Of a stretch of DNA of 64,000 bases, positions 38,200-48,249 are shown one piece after another (the stretch's first letter is position 1; every line of letters starts with the position of its first letter). The DNA is taken from NCBI GenBank assembly GCA_003245575.1, contig QKCR01000081.1, positions 283 to 64,282 of the forward strand. The letters are read 5' to 3'. Position numbers and translations under genes: made by a program. This stretch comes from Alphaproteobacteria bacterium (GTDB lineage Bacteria > Pseudomonadota > Alphaproteobacteria > Micavibrionales > Micavibrionaceae). Below the pieces are notes generated by a model that saw nothing but the letters and a program-made list of their open reading frames with translations, ran no database searches and was not told the DNA's origin.

Positions 38200-40404
38200 A
38201 TGCCGTTTTTATCCAGAATTACCCCAATTCTTAATCTGATGATTATGTTGGCGGGTGTGGCAGGCTTCTCGGGCAGCGTACATGCAGAAAAAATAGCCGA
38301 AACAGCCAAAGACGGCGTTCCCCGCTATGTGAAGGTCAATATTATTCCGGAACAGGACGCTGTGACCCCCGGCGAAGACCTCGGAATTGCAATCCAGCAA
38401 ATTCATGCGCCGGAATGGCATACCTACTGGAAAAACCCCGGAGATTCGGGTGAATCGACAAGCATTGAATGGACGTTGCCGGAAGGATTTAAAGCAGGTG
38501 ACATCGAATACCCCGCACCGCATCGCTTGGCGTATGGTCCGCTCATGAATTATGGATTCGGAGATGAGGTTGTTCTTTTGACCTCTCTTCATGTGCCTGA
38601 AAAAATTACGACAGATGAAGTAACTCTCTCAGCAAACATATCGTGGTTGGTCTGCAAAGATATTTGCGTTCCCGAATATACATCTGTCACATTAGTTCTT
38701 CCTGTTGCAACAGCAGACAATCCAGCTAGCCCAAGCAATCCGGAGTTTTTCGAGCAAGCACGCACAAAAATCCCGCAACAGAAAATCTGGCAGGGAATGA
38801 TCGAAGAACAAGACCAAACATTGAAAATCTCGTTTGATCCGGATGCACAAAATGTAGAAGAACTCCAAGGCGGTAGTGATTTCTTTTTCTTCCCCGAAGA
38901 ATGGGGAATTCTTGTGAACTCTGCTCCGCAAGATGTTTCGGTAAATTCCGGACGTTTGATTATCTCTGTGCAGCGGGATACCAGACCTTTATCTAAGATC
39001 AATAATCTAGCTGGCGTTTTGACATACAAAACAAAAGACGGTGAAGATAAGGCGATTGCGCTGGATGTAGCCGTCTCGGGAAAACAGACAGAAGCAGCAG
39101 TGGCTCCGCTTCTATCAGGACCAACTGAAGAGGGTGCTATAACAGAAGAGCCGGTTACAGTTGTACAGGCAATCTTTCTCGCCTTGCTTGGCGGTATCAT
39201 TCTGAATTTAATGCCATGCGTATTTCCTGTCCTTTCTATGAAGGCTCTCTCTCTCGTCAAAATGTCAGAAAAAGAACAAAAACATTCTGTGATGCATGGT
39301 CTGGTTTATACAACAGGTGTTATGGTCTGTTTTGCAATTATTGCGGCGTCCCTGATCGGGTTAAAATCGGCTGGAGAAGAAATCGGCTGGGGGTTCCAGC
39401 TCCAGAATCCTGTCGTGGTTTTATTGCTGGCATATTTATTATTTGTCATGGCCCTCAATTTATCAGGTTTCTTTGAATTCAAAGGTCACCTTTTCAGCAA
39501 TATTGGGCATAAGTTGGCAGCCAAGCACGGATATACCGGAACATTCTTTACAGGGATGTTGGCAACCATCGTTGCAACGCCGTGTACAGCACCTTTTATG
39601 GGACCTGCCATGGGATTTGCACTAACTCAAAGTGCAATCATTGCGATGATCGTTTTTCTGGCTCTGGGGTTTGGCTTGGCTTTGCCGTATCTGGCTTTAT
39701 GCATCTTCCCTCCACTCAGGAAAGCCCTCCCTAAACCAGGGGCGTGGATGGAAACATTCCGCCAATTTATGGCGTTTCCGCTATATGCTTCTGTGGCTTG
39801 GCTGGTCTGGGTTTACGGACAACAGGTTTCAGGAAGCTATGGTGTAATGCTTGCTCTCTTCGGCCTGATCTTGATCGCATTTTCCGTCTGGATCGCCCGC
39901 CACACGCCTCACCGCCAACCAATGAGATCTGCCGTTCATGGGCTGACATACTCCGCAGTTGCACTTTCAATTCTGATTGTAGCGTTAAGCGCGATGAAAC
40001 CTGAATTTATGCAACAAGACACACAAACCGAAGCAGTCGAGCACTATTCCGAAGCCTACACCACCCAACGTTATGAAGACGCACTGGCCGGTGATCGCCC
40101 AATCTTCGTAAATATGACGGCAGCTTGGTGCATTACATGCAAATGGAATGAACGCGTAGCCCTCGCAACGGAGGCAACACATGATCTTTTCGAAAGAAAT
40201 AACGTCGTTGTTTTGCAGGGAGACTGGACAAATCAAAATGCGGAAATTACAAAATTCCTCTCCGGTCATGGACGCAGCGGTGTTCCGCTCTATGTGTTTA
40301 TCGGCGCACGTGATCCGAAAACAGGTGAACGTCCCGAAGGACGTGTACTGCCTCAAATTCTGACACCCGGACTTGTTGCAGAATATGTAGAAGTAAAGTC
40401 GTAA
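38200..40404 (+). CDS. Protein-disulfide reductase, DsbD/ScsB family
   Basis: Signal peptide and an N-terminal periplasmic domain with WLVCKDICVPE. The central TM domain has CVFPVLS and TPCTAPF cysteines. The C-terminal thioredoxin domain has WCITC. Confidence 0.78.
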   Translation: MPFLSRITPILNLMIMLAGVAGFSGSVHAEKIAETAKDGVPRYVKVNIIPEQDAVTPGEDLGIAIQQIHAPEWHTYWKNPGDSGESTSIEWTLPEGFKAGDIEYPAPHRLAYGPLMNYGFGDEVVLLTSLHVPEKITTDEVTLSANISWLVCKDICVPEYTSVTLVLPVATADNPASPSNPEFFEQARTKIPQQKIWQGMIEEQDQTLKISFDPDAQNVEELQGGSDFFFFPEEWGILVNSAPQDVSVNSGRLIISVQRDTRPLSKINNLAGVLTYKTKDGEDKAIALDVAVSGKQTEAAVAPLLSGPTEEGAITEEPVTVVQAIFLALLGGIILNLMPCVFPVLSMKALSLVKMSEKEQKHSVMHGLVYTTGVMVCFAIIAASLIGLKSAGEEIGWGFQLQNPVVVLLLAYLLFVMALNLSGFFEFKGHLFSNIGHKLAAKHGYTGTFFTGMLATIVATPCTAPFMGPAMGFALTQSAIIAMIVFLALGFGLALPYLALCIFPPLRKALPKPGAWMETFRQFMAFPLYASVAWLVWVYGQQVSGSYGVMLALFGLILIAFSVWIARHTPHRQPMRSAVHGLTYSAVALSILIVALSAMKPEFMQQDTQTEAVEHYSEAYTTQRYEDALAGDRPIFVNMTAAWCITCKWNERVALATEATHDLFERNNVVVLQGDWTNQNAEITKFLSGHGRSGVPLYVFIGARDPKTGERPEGRVLPQILTPGLVAEYVEVKS

Positions 40405-40442
40405 AAAATTAACCACGAACCAAACGGAAAGAAAGGATCACA

Positions 40443-41111
40443 ATGAAAACTTTGCTTATGGCGGCTCTGGCTGTCGTCTTTATGGGAGGGCCAGCGTTAG
40501 CAGACCATCATGAAGAAATGAATCACGAGATGATGGAACATGAAATGCCTGCTATGGCGTCAGGTGAATCCATGGCTGTTGTCGGTAAGGCAGCTCCGGA
40601 ATTCATGTTAAATGACATTAATGGTGATCATGTGATGCTGTCTGCCCTGAAAGGCAAGACTGTTGTTTTGGAATGGACAAACAGCCAATGTCCGTATGTC
40701 CGGAAACATTATGATTCACACAACATGCAAAATCTTCAAAAAGAAGCAACCGATGACGGTGTTGTCTGGATTTCTATTAACTCAGGAGCAGAAGGCAAAG
40801 AAGGATTTGTAACTCCGGAAGAAGAAAAAACGCTTCTTGAAAAAGAAGGTGCGCATCCTTCCTACGTACTTCTTGATACAAAAGGGACGATCGGTAAGCT
40901 CTACGGTGCAAAAACCACACCGCATATGTTTGTCATCAATGGCGAAGGCACACTGGTTTATGCAGGCGCAATTGATTCCGATAAAAGCTTTAAGCCTGAA
41001 GCGATTGAATCATCGACCAACTATGTCCGTGAAGCTCTGAAATCCCTAAAAGCCGGAACAGCAATCGAAGTTTCTGAAACCGCACCATATGGTTGCGGGG
41101 TGAAATACTAG
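40443..41111 (+). CDS. Periplasmic thioredoxin-fold (redoxin/TlpA-like) protein with His/Met-rich N-terminal stretch
   Basis: Signal peptide MKTLLMAALAVVFMGGPALA, then DHHEEMNHEMMEHEMPAM. Redox motif WTNSQCPYV. It lies immediately downstream of the DsbD-family gene. Confidence 0.65.
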   Translation: MKTLLMAALAVVFMGGPALADHHEEMNHEMMEHEMPAMASGESMAVVGKAAPEFMLNDINGDHVMLSALKGKTVVLEWTNSQCPYVRKHYDSHNMQNLQKEATDDGVVWISINSGAEGKEGFVTPEEEKTLLEKEGAHPSYVLLDTKGTIGKLYGAKTTPHMFVINGEGTLVYAGAIDSDKSFKPEAIESSTNYVREALKSLKAGTAIEVSETAPYGCGVKY

Positions 41112-41137
41112 CTAAAGACTTGAATTCATTCAGGAGA

Positions 41138-41166
41138 AAGCCCGGACTCATTGCCGGGCTTTTTTC
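41138..41166 (+). terminator. Rho-independent terminator after the thioredoxin-like gene
   Basis: AGCCCGG-actcattg-CCGGGCT followed by TTTTTT. Confidence 0.85.
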
Positions 41167-41244
41167 AATAAATACTATCGAACAGGGTAAAAATTATGCC
41201 ATACTGAACTGATCTTGATTCGTAACGTATCGGATAGTCCAGAG

Positions 41245-43413
41245 ATGCCCGCCAAATCGACCCTAAAAAAAGACAAAAAAACTGAAGCCGTGAAAGAACC
41301 GGCTAAAAAAGCGAAGAAGCCTTCTGCAAGCAAAACTGCCAAAAAGCAGTCTACAGGCACTCGTAAATCTACTGTGGCCCGCAAGAAAGCGGCTAACAGT
41401 AAGGCAACGCAGGCAGGTTCCAAGTCAAAATCAAAAGATACATCCTTGAGATTGGTTGTTTCCGATGAAGGAAAAATCATTTTCTCGACGCCTGAAATGC
41501 AAAAGAAAATAGGTGTGTCCGACAATCAGCATACGGTTCTCTCTCTAAGAGATATTCTTGAATTCGAAAGCCCGGAAGACGCGCTTCATGATCGTCCGTG
41601 CATCGGTATGTTTGCCATGGATTCTGAAGATGAGACCGGAGATGTTTGGACAGCATCAATTGTTCCGGGAGAACATCAGGTTGCCCTGTCTCATAACGGA
41701 AAAAAATTCGAAGCTAATTTGCGATTTGATCGCGTCGAAATGCCGGGCAAAAAGTCCTATCTGGTAATTTCCGGCGAAGAAGAAAAAGAGCCACAGGTCA
41801 ATGATATTCTGGCCAGCCTCGAAAAGCAGAAAAAAGAAATCGTAAAAAAAGAGAGTGCAAACTCCCATTCTGGGGTTCAGGCATCACAGCCGACGACGTG
41901 GGAACAAAATATTCACGTCTTCCAATCTATAGGCCACGATTTCCTGATATTATTGTCTCCGCGCGGGAAGATCATCGAAAGTAACGAAATCTTCCAATTG
42001 GCGATGGGGTACGAATTGGGAGAACTAAACGGCAAGCCGTTTCTTGATTTCATTCACACCGAAGACCGTCCGTACGTGCAGCCAATATTCAAGACAATGA
42101 TCTTGAGCAATAATGAAGACGGATCAGCACCACTGGTGGCAACAGAATGTCGTGTTATCACTGCTGATGGGTCTGTTCGCTGGTTGGATTGTCGCCTTAA
42201 AGTCAATAACGGTCATCTTTATATGGTGGCCCGCGATCTGACAGAATCTAAAACCCACGAAGCTGAATTATTGCGTCGGGAACAACAGCTCTCCGAAGCG
42301 CAGGAAATCGGGCGCATGGGGCATTGGACATGGAGAATAGGGGATGAGAGACTAGAATTCTCTACCGAAATTTTCCGCATCTTCGGTCAAACCGCAGACT
42401 CGTTCACACCAACCATAGACACGGTCAATGACCTGTTGCATCGACGCGACCGCGGGCGCATGGCACAAGCCTTCCAGCGCGCTATGATCGAACAGAGAAA
42501 TTACGAAATGGAATTTCGGATCATTCGCCCAAGCGGCGAAGTGCGTTTCATTCTGCTTCAGGGAAGATGCGAACTCGATGATGAAGGTGATGTTATCGCC
42601 TTGTTCGGGATCATGCAGGATATTACAGAGCGCACGCAACACGAGCGCGAACTCTGTGAAGCTAAAGAAGCTGCGGAGCGTGCTTACGCTGCGAAGTCCC
42701 AATTCCTCGCGAATATGAGCCACGAACTCAGAACGCCACTCAATGCGATTATCGGGTTCTCCGAAATGATCGAACGACAAATGTTGGGACCGATCGGAAC
42801 AGAGAAATATCTCGATTATATCGGTGGTATTCGTCAAAGCGGTGAGCACCTTCTTGATTTGATTAGCGACATTCTTGATATGTCGAAGATCGAAGCGGGG
42901 AAATACACATTGGATGTCGAGGAGTTTAATCTCTTTAAAGTCATGCGTCTCGCAATTCATATGATTGAAGGTCGTGCGCTTGATGGAGGCGTGAAAGTCG
43001 TGTCCTCTATCCCTGAAGAAGGGGACTTACAAATCACCGGAGATCGCCGCGCCATTATGCAGATGATCCTGAACATTCTCTCAAACGCCGTAAAATTTAC
43101 AGATGAAGGCGGAGAAGTCAGAGTAACCTGTCATACAGAAGACGACCGCATAGAGATGTGCGTAGAAGACACAGGGATCGGCATTCCGGCGAATAAACTG
43201 CGCTACGTTACTAGGCCGTTTGAACAGGCTGCCAATCAATTCACCAGAAATCATGAGGGATCTGGTCTGGGCCTTGCCATTACCAAGGAACTGGCGGAGC
43301 TTCATGGAGGCATCCTTGTCATCAAATCAACAGTCGGGGTGGGGACATCCGTACGAATCACCCTCCCGCGTCAGGCAGTTCTAACCGCATCCCGTGGCGA
43401 CCACGTCGAATAA
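41245..43413 (+). CDS. Soluble PAS-domain sensor histidine kinase with N-terminal Lys/Ala-rich basic tail
   Basis: HisKA H-box SHELRTPLNAI and HATPase N/G boxes (NAVKFT, DTGIGI, GSGLGL). Two PAS/PAC modules and no TM segment. The first 65 residues are KKxAKK-type. The track start at 41215 is a TTG; the first ATG is at 41245. Confidence 0.85.
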   Translation: MPAKSTLKKDKKTEAVKEPAKKAKKPSASKTAKKQSTGTRKSTVARKKAANSKATQAGSKSKSKDTSLRLVVSDEGKIIFSTPEMQKKIGVSDNQHTVLSLRDILEFESPEDALHDRPCIGMFAMDSEDETGDVWTASIVPGEHQVALSHNGKKFEANLRFDRVEMPGKKSYLVISGEEEKEPQVNDILASLEKQKKEIVKKESANSHSGVQASQPTTWEQNIHVFQSIGHDFLILLSPRGKIIESNEIFQLAMGYELGELNGKPFLDFIHTEDRPYVQPIFKTMILSNNEDGSAPLVATECRVITADGSVRWLDCRLKVNNGHLYMVARDLTESKTHEAELLRREQQLSEAQEIGRMGHWTWRIGDERLEFSTEIFRIFGQTADSFTPTIDTVNDLLHRRDRGRMAQAFQRAMIEQRNYEMEFRIIRPSGEVRFILLQGRCELDDEGDVIALFGIMQDITERTQHERELCEAKEAAERAYAAKSQFLANMSHELRTPLNAIIGFSEMIERQMLGPIGTEKYLDYIGGIRQSGEHLLDLISDILDMSKIEAGKYTLDVEEFNLFKVMRLAIHMIEGRALDGGVKVVSSIPEEGDLQITGDRRAIMQMILNILSNAVKFTDEGGEVRVTCHTEDDRIEMCVEDTGIGIPANKLRYVTRPFEQAANQFTRNHEGSGLGLAITKELAELHGGILVIKSTVGVGTSVRITLPRQAVLTASRGDHVE

Positions 43414-43598
43414 AAAAAGATCAAAAATTTCGATACGGAGCGATAAGTAATATATTTTCAAAGTTAAACTTAAAAAAAATACAAGTAAGTAAAATCGAGT
43501 AACGCTGCGTTAACCTTTTTCGGGCATAACTATTCAACCGGCAGATCTGCCGCGACACATATTGAATTTAAAGACATAGCTGGAATAGAATTAAGAAT

Positions 43599-44648
43599 AT
43601 GCCCTTCCTGAACGACATATACCCTGACGAGTTTTTACTGGAGAAAGGCGACGATTTTTCTACCGACCTCTTTGAGGAAGGGGAAGCCGTCTCTCTGGAA
43701 GATTTGTTGCATCTGGTTCAGGAATCGTCCGAAGACGGATCGTTGGATATTCGCAATGCCCATTTCGAATGCGATGAAGATGCACTGGTTTGGGGGTTAT
43801 CCGTTTTGTGCGAAACCCGCTTGGGTCGCGATCTGGCATTTGATGCCCGTTTTGAAGATTGGTCAATCGAGGTTGATGACATCGAGGACGGAGCACATAT
43901 TATCAACTCACAGCTTCGAATTCTCATTCTGCCGAGATGTGCACCATCCCCGCAAACACTTTCTCGTTCTCAATCCGAACGAAGTGCGTTCTTAATGGAG
44001 CTGGCGCGTGGACTGCGCGGCATATGGCATGATATGACAGAGGCACGTATCACTACAGATGTAACAATTGACGACCAGATTCTCTGGGCAAGATTGCGTC
44101 AGGCTGACCTTGATATGTGCGCTTTACGCATGGCATGGGAAATTCGTCAAACAGGCATGGGCGGACTATGGCGTCAAATCATTGCCTCTCCTCTGGGGGA
44201 TATGGCGGTTGTTGCCGGAGAAATCTGGGGAGCGGAAGAACAGGAAGACTCTCGTGACACAGTAGACTTGCCGCTTTACGGGTTCTCGCATTTGGTGTTG
44301 GAATGGCTAAAAGATGCCAATTTGGTCAACGCGGTTGATGCTCACACGCTGGACGCTTTGGACGTAAGATTACAACGTTCTATCAATGATGTTTGTGGAC
44401 CAGTTCAATTGGCGGCACGCGATATACTCAATCTTTCAACAATTCCGGGTGAAGGGGCTTATATCGCTTCTTTGGCGCGCACAATTTTGTTTGCCCCGTC
44501 TTTCCGCGAGATTCCTGATCCGGTAAATGAAGCATACTTGCGTCAGATACTGGAAGAATGCGAACTGACGCGCTCCAGCCCACTCGTCTTCACGGATAGT
44601 GAATTGGAAAAGAAATTCTTTCCGCACAAGCTGGATACGCTAGCTTAG
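43599..44648 (+). CDS. Hypothetical acidic protein
   Basis: 349-aa ORF, Asp/Glu-rich at the N-terminus, no signal peptide and no recognised motifs. Confidence 0.5.
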   Translation: MPFLNDIYPDEFLLEKGDDFSTDLFEEGEAVSLEDLLHLVQESSEDGSLDIRNAHFECDEDALVWGLSVLCETRLGRDLAFDARFEDWSIEVDDIEDGAHIINSQLRILILPRCAPSPQTLSRSQSERSAFLMELARGLRGIWHDMTEARITTDVTIDDQILWARLRQADLDMCALRMAWEIRQTGMGGLWRQIIASPLGDMAVVAGEIWGAEEQEDSRDTVDLPLYGFSHLVLEWLKDANLVNAVDAHTLDALDVRLQRSINDVCGPVQLAARDILNLSTIPGEGAYIASLARTILFAPSFREIPDPVNEAYLRQILEECELTRSSPLVFTDSELEKKFFPHKLDTLA

Positions 44649-45031
44649 TGGAGTTGAGGAACTGCACCGATCTTTTCTGCAATCTGCATAAATTTCTGAA
44701 CAGCTTCGTGACTGGTCGACCGCGATGCCATGAAATTGAAGGCATATTGCCAAATCCCGACTGCATATTTTTGGGGTGCAGCCTGAGCAAATTGTTCAGC
44801 CATCATATAAGCTGTCTCGAAAGTCTCTTTTGCAGTTGGACGCACATGATCAAGACCCGCATCCAAAGCCTGAAACCCCTGTTCCACATGATCGCGATGA
44901 AATTTGATCGTTGTGATGCGCTTGATCGAATTTTGCAGCTCTGAGAGTGTCTCTGCGCGTGCCATTTCATTAAATATTGCCAATCCTGAACTAGGATGTT
45001 GAATAACATTTCCCATCATTTTACCTGCCAT
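44645..45031 (-). CDS. Hypothetical protein
   Basis: ATG at 45031 (MAGKMMGNVIQH...), 128 aa and predicted helical. It converges on and overlaps the previous gene by 4 nt. The track ORF extends to 45175 and would overlap mlaE. Confidence 0.4.
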   Translation of the reverse strand: MAGKMMGNVIQHPSSGLAIFNEMARAETLSELQNSIKRITTIKFHRDHVEQGFQALDAGLDHVRPTAKETFETAYMMAEQFAQAAPQKYAVGIWQYAFNFMASRSTSHEAVQKFMQIAEKIGAVPQLH

Positions 45032-45139
45032 TTTATGTTCCGAATTTGGAAGATTTTTATGGTAAACATATAAAATGAGATTTTTCAATGGGAAAATCAC
45101 CTTAAATCTTGGAGAAAATAACTTTTCAATGTAAAAACT

Positions 45140-45961
45140 ATGACCATGAGTTCGGCAATTAAGATATTGGAACAAAAAGTTCCACTCCTAAAAAACATGT
45201 GTCAGGCCATAGGCCACTCCATTCTGAATGTCGTTCAGGCGCTCGGAGGCATTACTCTGTTTGCACTTGATACAATCAGACACTGTCTGACACCTCCGAT
45301 ATTCTTGCGCCATATTTTGCGTCAATTCATTGATATAGGCTATTACTCCCTGCCGGTGGTCGGAATGACCGCATTGTTCACAGGGATGGTACTGGCTCTT
45401 CAAAGCTACACGGGGTTCTCAAGGTTTAACGCGGAAAGCGCGATTGCATCTGTTGTTGTCCTCTCGATCACCCGTGAACTCTCACCTGTTTTGGCAGGCC
45501 TCATGGTCGCAGGTCGCGTCGGAGCATCAATTGCCGCTGAAATCGGTACAATGCGTGTGACTGAACAAATTGATGCGCTCAAAACGCTCTCAGTCAATCC
45601 AATGAAATATCTGGTGGTTCCGCGCGTTGTAGCCGGAGCAATCATGCTTCCTATTCTGGTGTTGATCGGCGACATTATCGGTGTTTATGGCGGATATATT
45701 GTCTCCACCCATGTGCTGGGATTTAGCTCAGGCAGCTATCTGTACCAAACATGGCAAGTCATCGAGGAAATGGACGTTGTCTCCGGTCTCGTAAAAGCAG
45801 GAGTCTTCGGCTTCCTCGTCACATTGATGGGGTGCTACCACGGATATAATTCAGGCCGTGGTGCACAAGGTGTCGGAACGGCGACTACCAATGCGGTTGT
45901 AACAGCCTCCATCCTAATCCTTATTTTCAACTATCTGCTGACACAGGTTTTCTTCTCATGA
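45140..45961 (+). CDS. mlaE: MlaE-family ABC transporter permease
   Basis: Multi-pass permease with the RELSPVLAGLMVAGRVGASIAAEIGTMRVTEQIDAL motif characteristic of MlaE/YrbE. Confidence 0.82.
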   Translation: MTMSSAIKILEQKVPLLKNMCQAIGHSILNVVQALGGITLFALDTIRHCLTPPIFLRHILRQFIDIGYYSLPVVGMTALFTGMVLALQSYTGFSRFNAESAIASVVVLSITRELSPVLAGLMVAGRVGASIAAEIGTMRVTEQIDALKTLSVNPMKYLVVPRVVAGAIMLPILVLIGDIIGVYGGYIVSTHVLGFSSGSYLYQTWQVIEEMDVVSGLVKAGVFGFLVTLMGCYHGYNSGRGAQGVGTATTNAVVTASILILIFNYLLTQVFFS

Positions 45962-46746
45962 CCATGCGTCCCAAAATAGAAATGCGGGGGGTTACAAAAT
46001 CCTTCGGAACAAAACATGTTTTGCAAGGTGTTGATCTTGATATTCCTGTTGGAAGTTCGATGGTTATCATCGGCGGATCAGGCACGGGGAAATCCGTAAC
46101 GCTGAAATGCGTTCTGGGATTGCTTCAGGCAGACAGCGGCTCAATCAAAGTAGACGGGGTTGAAGTGGTTGGCGCATCAACACGCACCCGCGAAGAAATG
46201 ATGAAAAAATTCGGCATGTTGTTCCAAGGCGGTGCACTCTTTGACTCGCTTCCTATTTGGTACAACGTCGCATTCGGTTTAATTCACGGCAAAGATGTCA
46301 GCAAAAAAGAAGCGCGCCATCTGGCAATTGAAAAACTGGAGCAGGTCGGCATGGGCGAAACCATCGCAGACCTTTATCCTGCGGAACTTTCAGGTGGGAT
46401 GCAAAAACGTGTTTCTCTTGCGCGCGCCATTGCCACCAACCCTGAAATTATTTTCTTTGATGAACCGACCACAGGTCTCGACCCGATCATGGCGGATGTT
46501 ATTAATGACTTGATCGTTCAGTGTGTGAAGGATTTGGGAGCAACAGCCCTGACCATTACCCATGACATGGCTTCGGCTCGTAAAATTGCCGATCATGTTG
46601 CAATGATCCATCAGGGAAAAATTATTTGGACAGGTCCGGTTGCCGATCTCGATCAATCAGGCAGCCCATATGTTGATCAATTCATCAACGGCCGCGCCTC
46701 TGGCCCGATCACCGACCCACAATCCGAACTTCTGAAATCGGCTTAA
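45958..46746 (+). CDS. mlaF: MlaF-like ABC transporter ATP-binding protein
   Basis: Walker A GGSGTGKS, signature LSGGMQKRVSLARA, Walker B IIFFDEPT. It overlaps the mlaE stop. Confidence 0.82.
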   Translation: MTMRPKIEMRGVTKSFGTKHVLQGVDLDIPVGSSMVIIGGSGTGKSVTLKCVLGLLQADSGSIKVDGVEVVGASTRTREEMMKKFGMLFQGGALFDSLPIWYNVAFGLIHGKDVSKKEARHLAIEKLEQVGMGETIADLYPAELSGGMQKRVSLARAIATNPEIIFFDEPTTGLDPIMADVINDLIVQCVKDLGATALTITHDMASARKIADHVAMIHQGKIIWTGPVADLDQSGSPYVDQFINGRASGPITDPQSELLKSA

Positions 46747-46863
46747 GATAAAGTATTTAAGCCACAGTCAAACCAATTAATTTTGTCGCAAGGAACAAAC
46801 GACGACGCCTAGTAGAGCTAGGATAGGAGTGCAGTGACGATGCGACAGAGTTAAGTGGAAAGA

Positions 46864-48249
46864 CTATACTTTCCACTTAGGGCCTTGGGGAGTATCCTCA
46901 ATGACAATCCCTTTGGCGGCAAGCTCATCGCGAATTTCATCAGAACGTGCGAAGTTCTTGGCCTTACGTGCTTCGGTTCTCTCAACCAGCAATCCCTCAA
47001 CCCACGCAGCGTCAATATCACTTGCATCTTGCCCGGCACTGAACCACACAGCAGGCTCTACACCTAGGAACCCGAGAAGTTGGGCAGCTGCAACAAATGC
47101 TGCTTTGGTTTCAGGTGTCTTTTGATCTTGAGCAGCTTTCGCCAAAGCATTCAGTTCCGCATAGGCTTTCGGCGTATTCAGATCATCACATAAAGCCTCC
47201 ATCACAGATGATGGAACATCAGCAGGAACATCCGCAACATCTGAAAGTTCATCCAGAATACGGTAGAATTTATCGAGCATCTTCTGCCCCAACTCCACGC
47301 CGCTATCAGACCAGTCCAACGGCTGACGGTAATGGGCAGAAAGCAAAACATAACGAATTACTTCGCCCGGAATACCTTGTTCAATCAAATCGTGCGCCAA
47401 AGTGAAATTGCCCAGAGACTTGGACATTTTCTCGCCTTCAACGGTCAGGAAGCCGTTATGCATCCAGTATTTTGAAAACGACGTCAGATCATGCGATCCG
47501 TGCGCGCAGCAACTTTGTGCAATTTCATTTTCATGGTGCGGGAATTTAAGATCAGCCCCACCGCCGTGAATATCAATCGGCAGGCCAAGATGTTTTTCAG
47601 ACATGGCAGAGCATTCAATATGCCATCCTGGTCGACCAAATCCCCAAGGACTATCCCACCCCGGTTGATCGGCATTCGATGGTTTCCACAACACAAAATC
47701 CGCCGGGTCGCGCTTGTAAGGGGCAACCTCGACACGGGCACCCGCAATCTGGTCATCACGAGAGCGCCCTGACAACCCGCCATATTCAGGAAAAGACGGC
47801 ACGTTGAAAAGCACATGGCCTTCGTTGGCATAGGCATGCCCGCGTGCAATCATTTGCTCGATCAGGGAAATCATTTCAGGGATGGTTTCAGTGGCGCGTG
47901 GCTGAACATCAGGGAGCCTTACGCCGAGGGCAGCCATATCCTCGTTGTAGATCCGCTCATATTTACGCGTAATAAACTCGATTGCCTCACCGGTTTCTTG
48001 TGACGCGGCAATAATTTTGTCTTCAATATCCGTGATGTTCGAGGCGTAGGTAACTTTCGGGTAAAGAAGGCGCAAGAGTCTTTGGAGGACGTCAAATACC
48101 ACTGCCATTCTGGCATTGCCAATATGAGCATAACTGTAAACGGTCGGTCCACACGCGTAGATCCTGACATGGTCAGCCTCCAACGGCACGAAATCCTGTT
48201 TTTCCCGTGCCAAAGAGTTATAGAGTTTGAAAACGTACTTCGTCGTCAT
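46864..48249 (-). CDS. cysS: Cysteine-tRNA ligase
   Basis: HIGNAR (HIGH) and KMSKSLGN motifs; 461 aa. Confidence 0.95.
   Translation of the reverse strand: MTTKYVFKLYNSLAREKQDFVPLEADHVRIYACGPTVYSYAHIGNARMAVVFDVLQRLLRLLYPKVTYASNITDIEDKIIAASQETGEAIEFITRKYERIYNEDMAALGVRLPDVQPRATETIPEMISLIEQMIARGHAYANEGHVLFNVPSFPEYGGLSGRSRDDQIAGARVEVAPYKRDPADFVLWKPSNADQPGWDSPWGFGRPGWHIECSAMSEKHLGLPIDIHGGGADLKFPHHENEIAQSCCAHGSHDLTSFSKYWMHNGFLTVEGEKMSKSLGNFTLAHDLIEQGIPGEVIRYVLLSAHYRQPLDWSDSGVELGQKMLDKFYRILDELSDVADVPADVPSSVMEALCDDLNTPKAYAELNALAKAAQDQKTPETKAAFVAAAQLLGFLGVEPAVWFSAGQDASDIDAAWVEGLLVERTEARKAKNFARSDEIRDELAAKGIVIEDTPQGPKWKV

Noticed and set aside
38209-39260. Minus-strand ORFs of 127 and 223 aa
   Set aside because: They are antisense to the DsbD-family gene and show no motifs.
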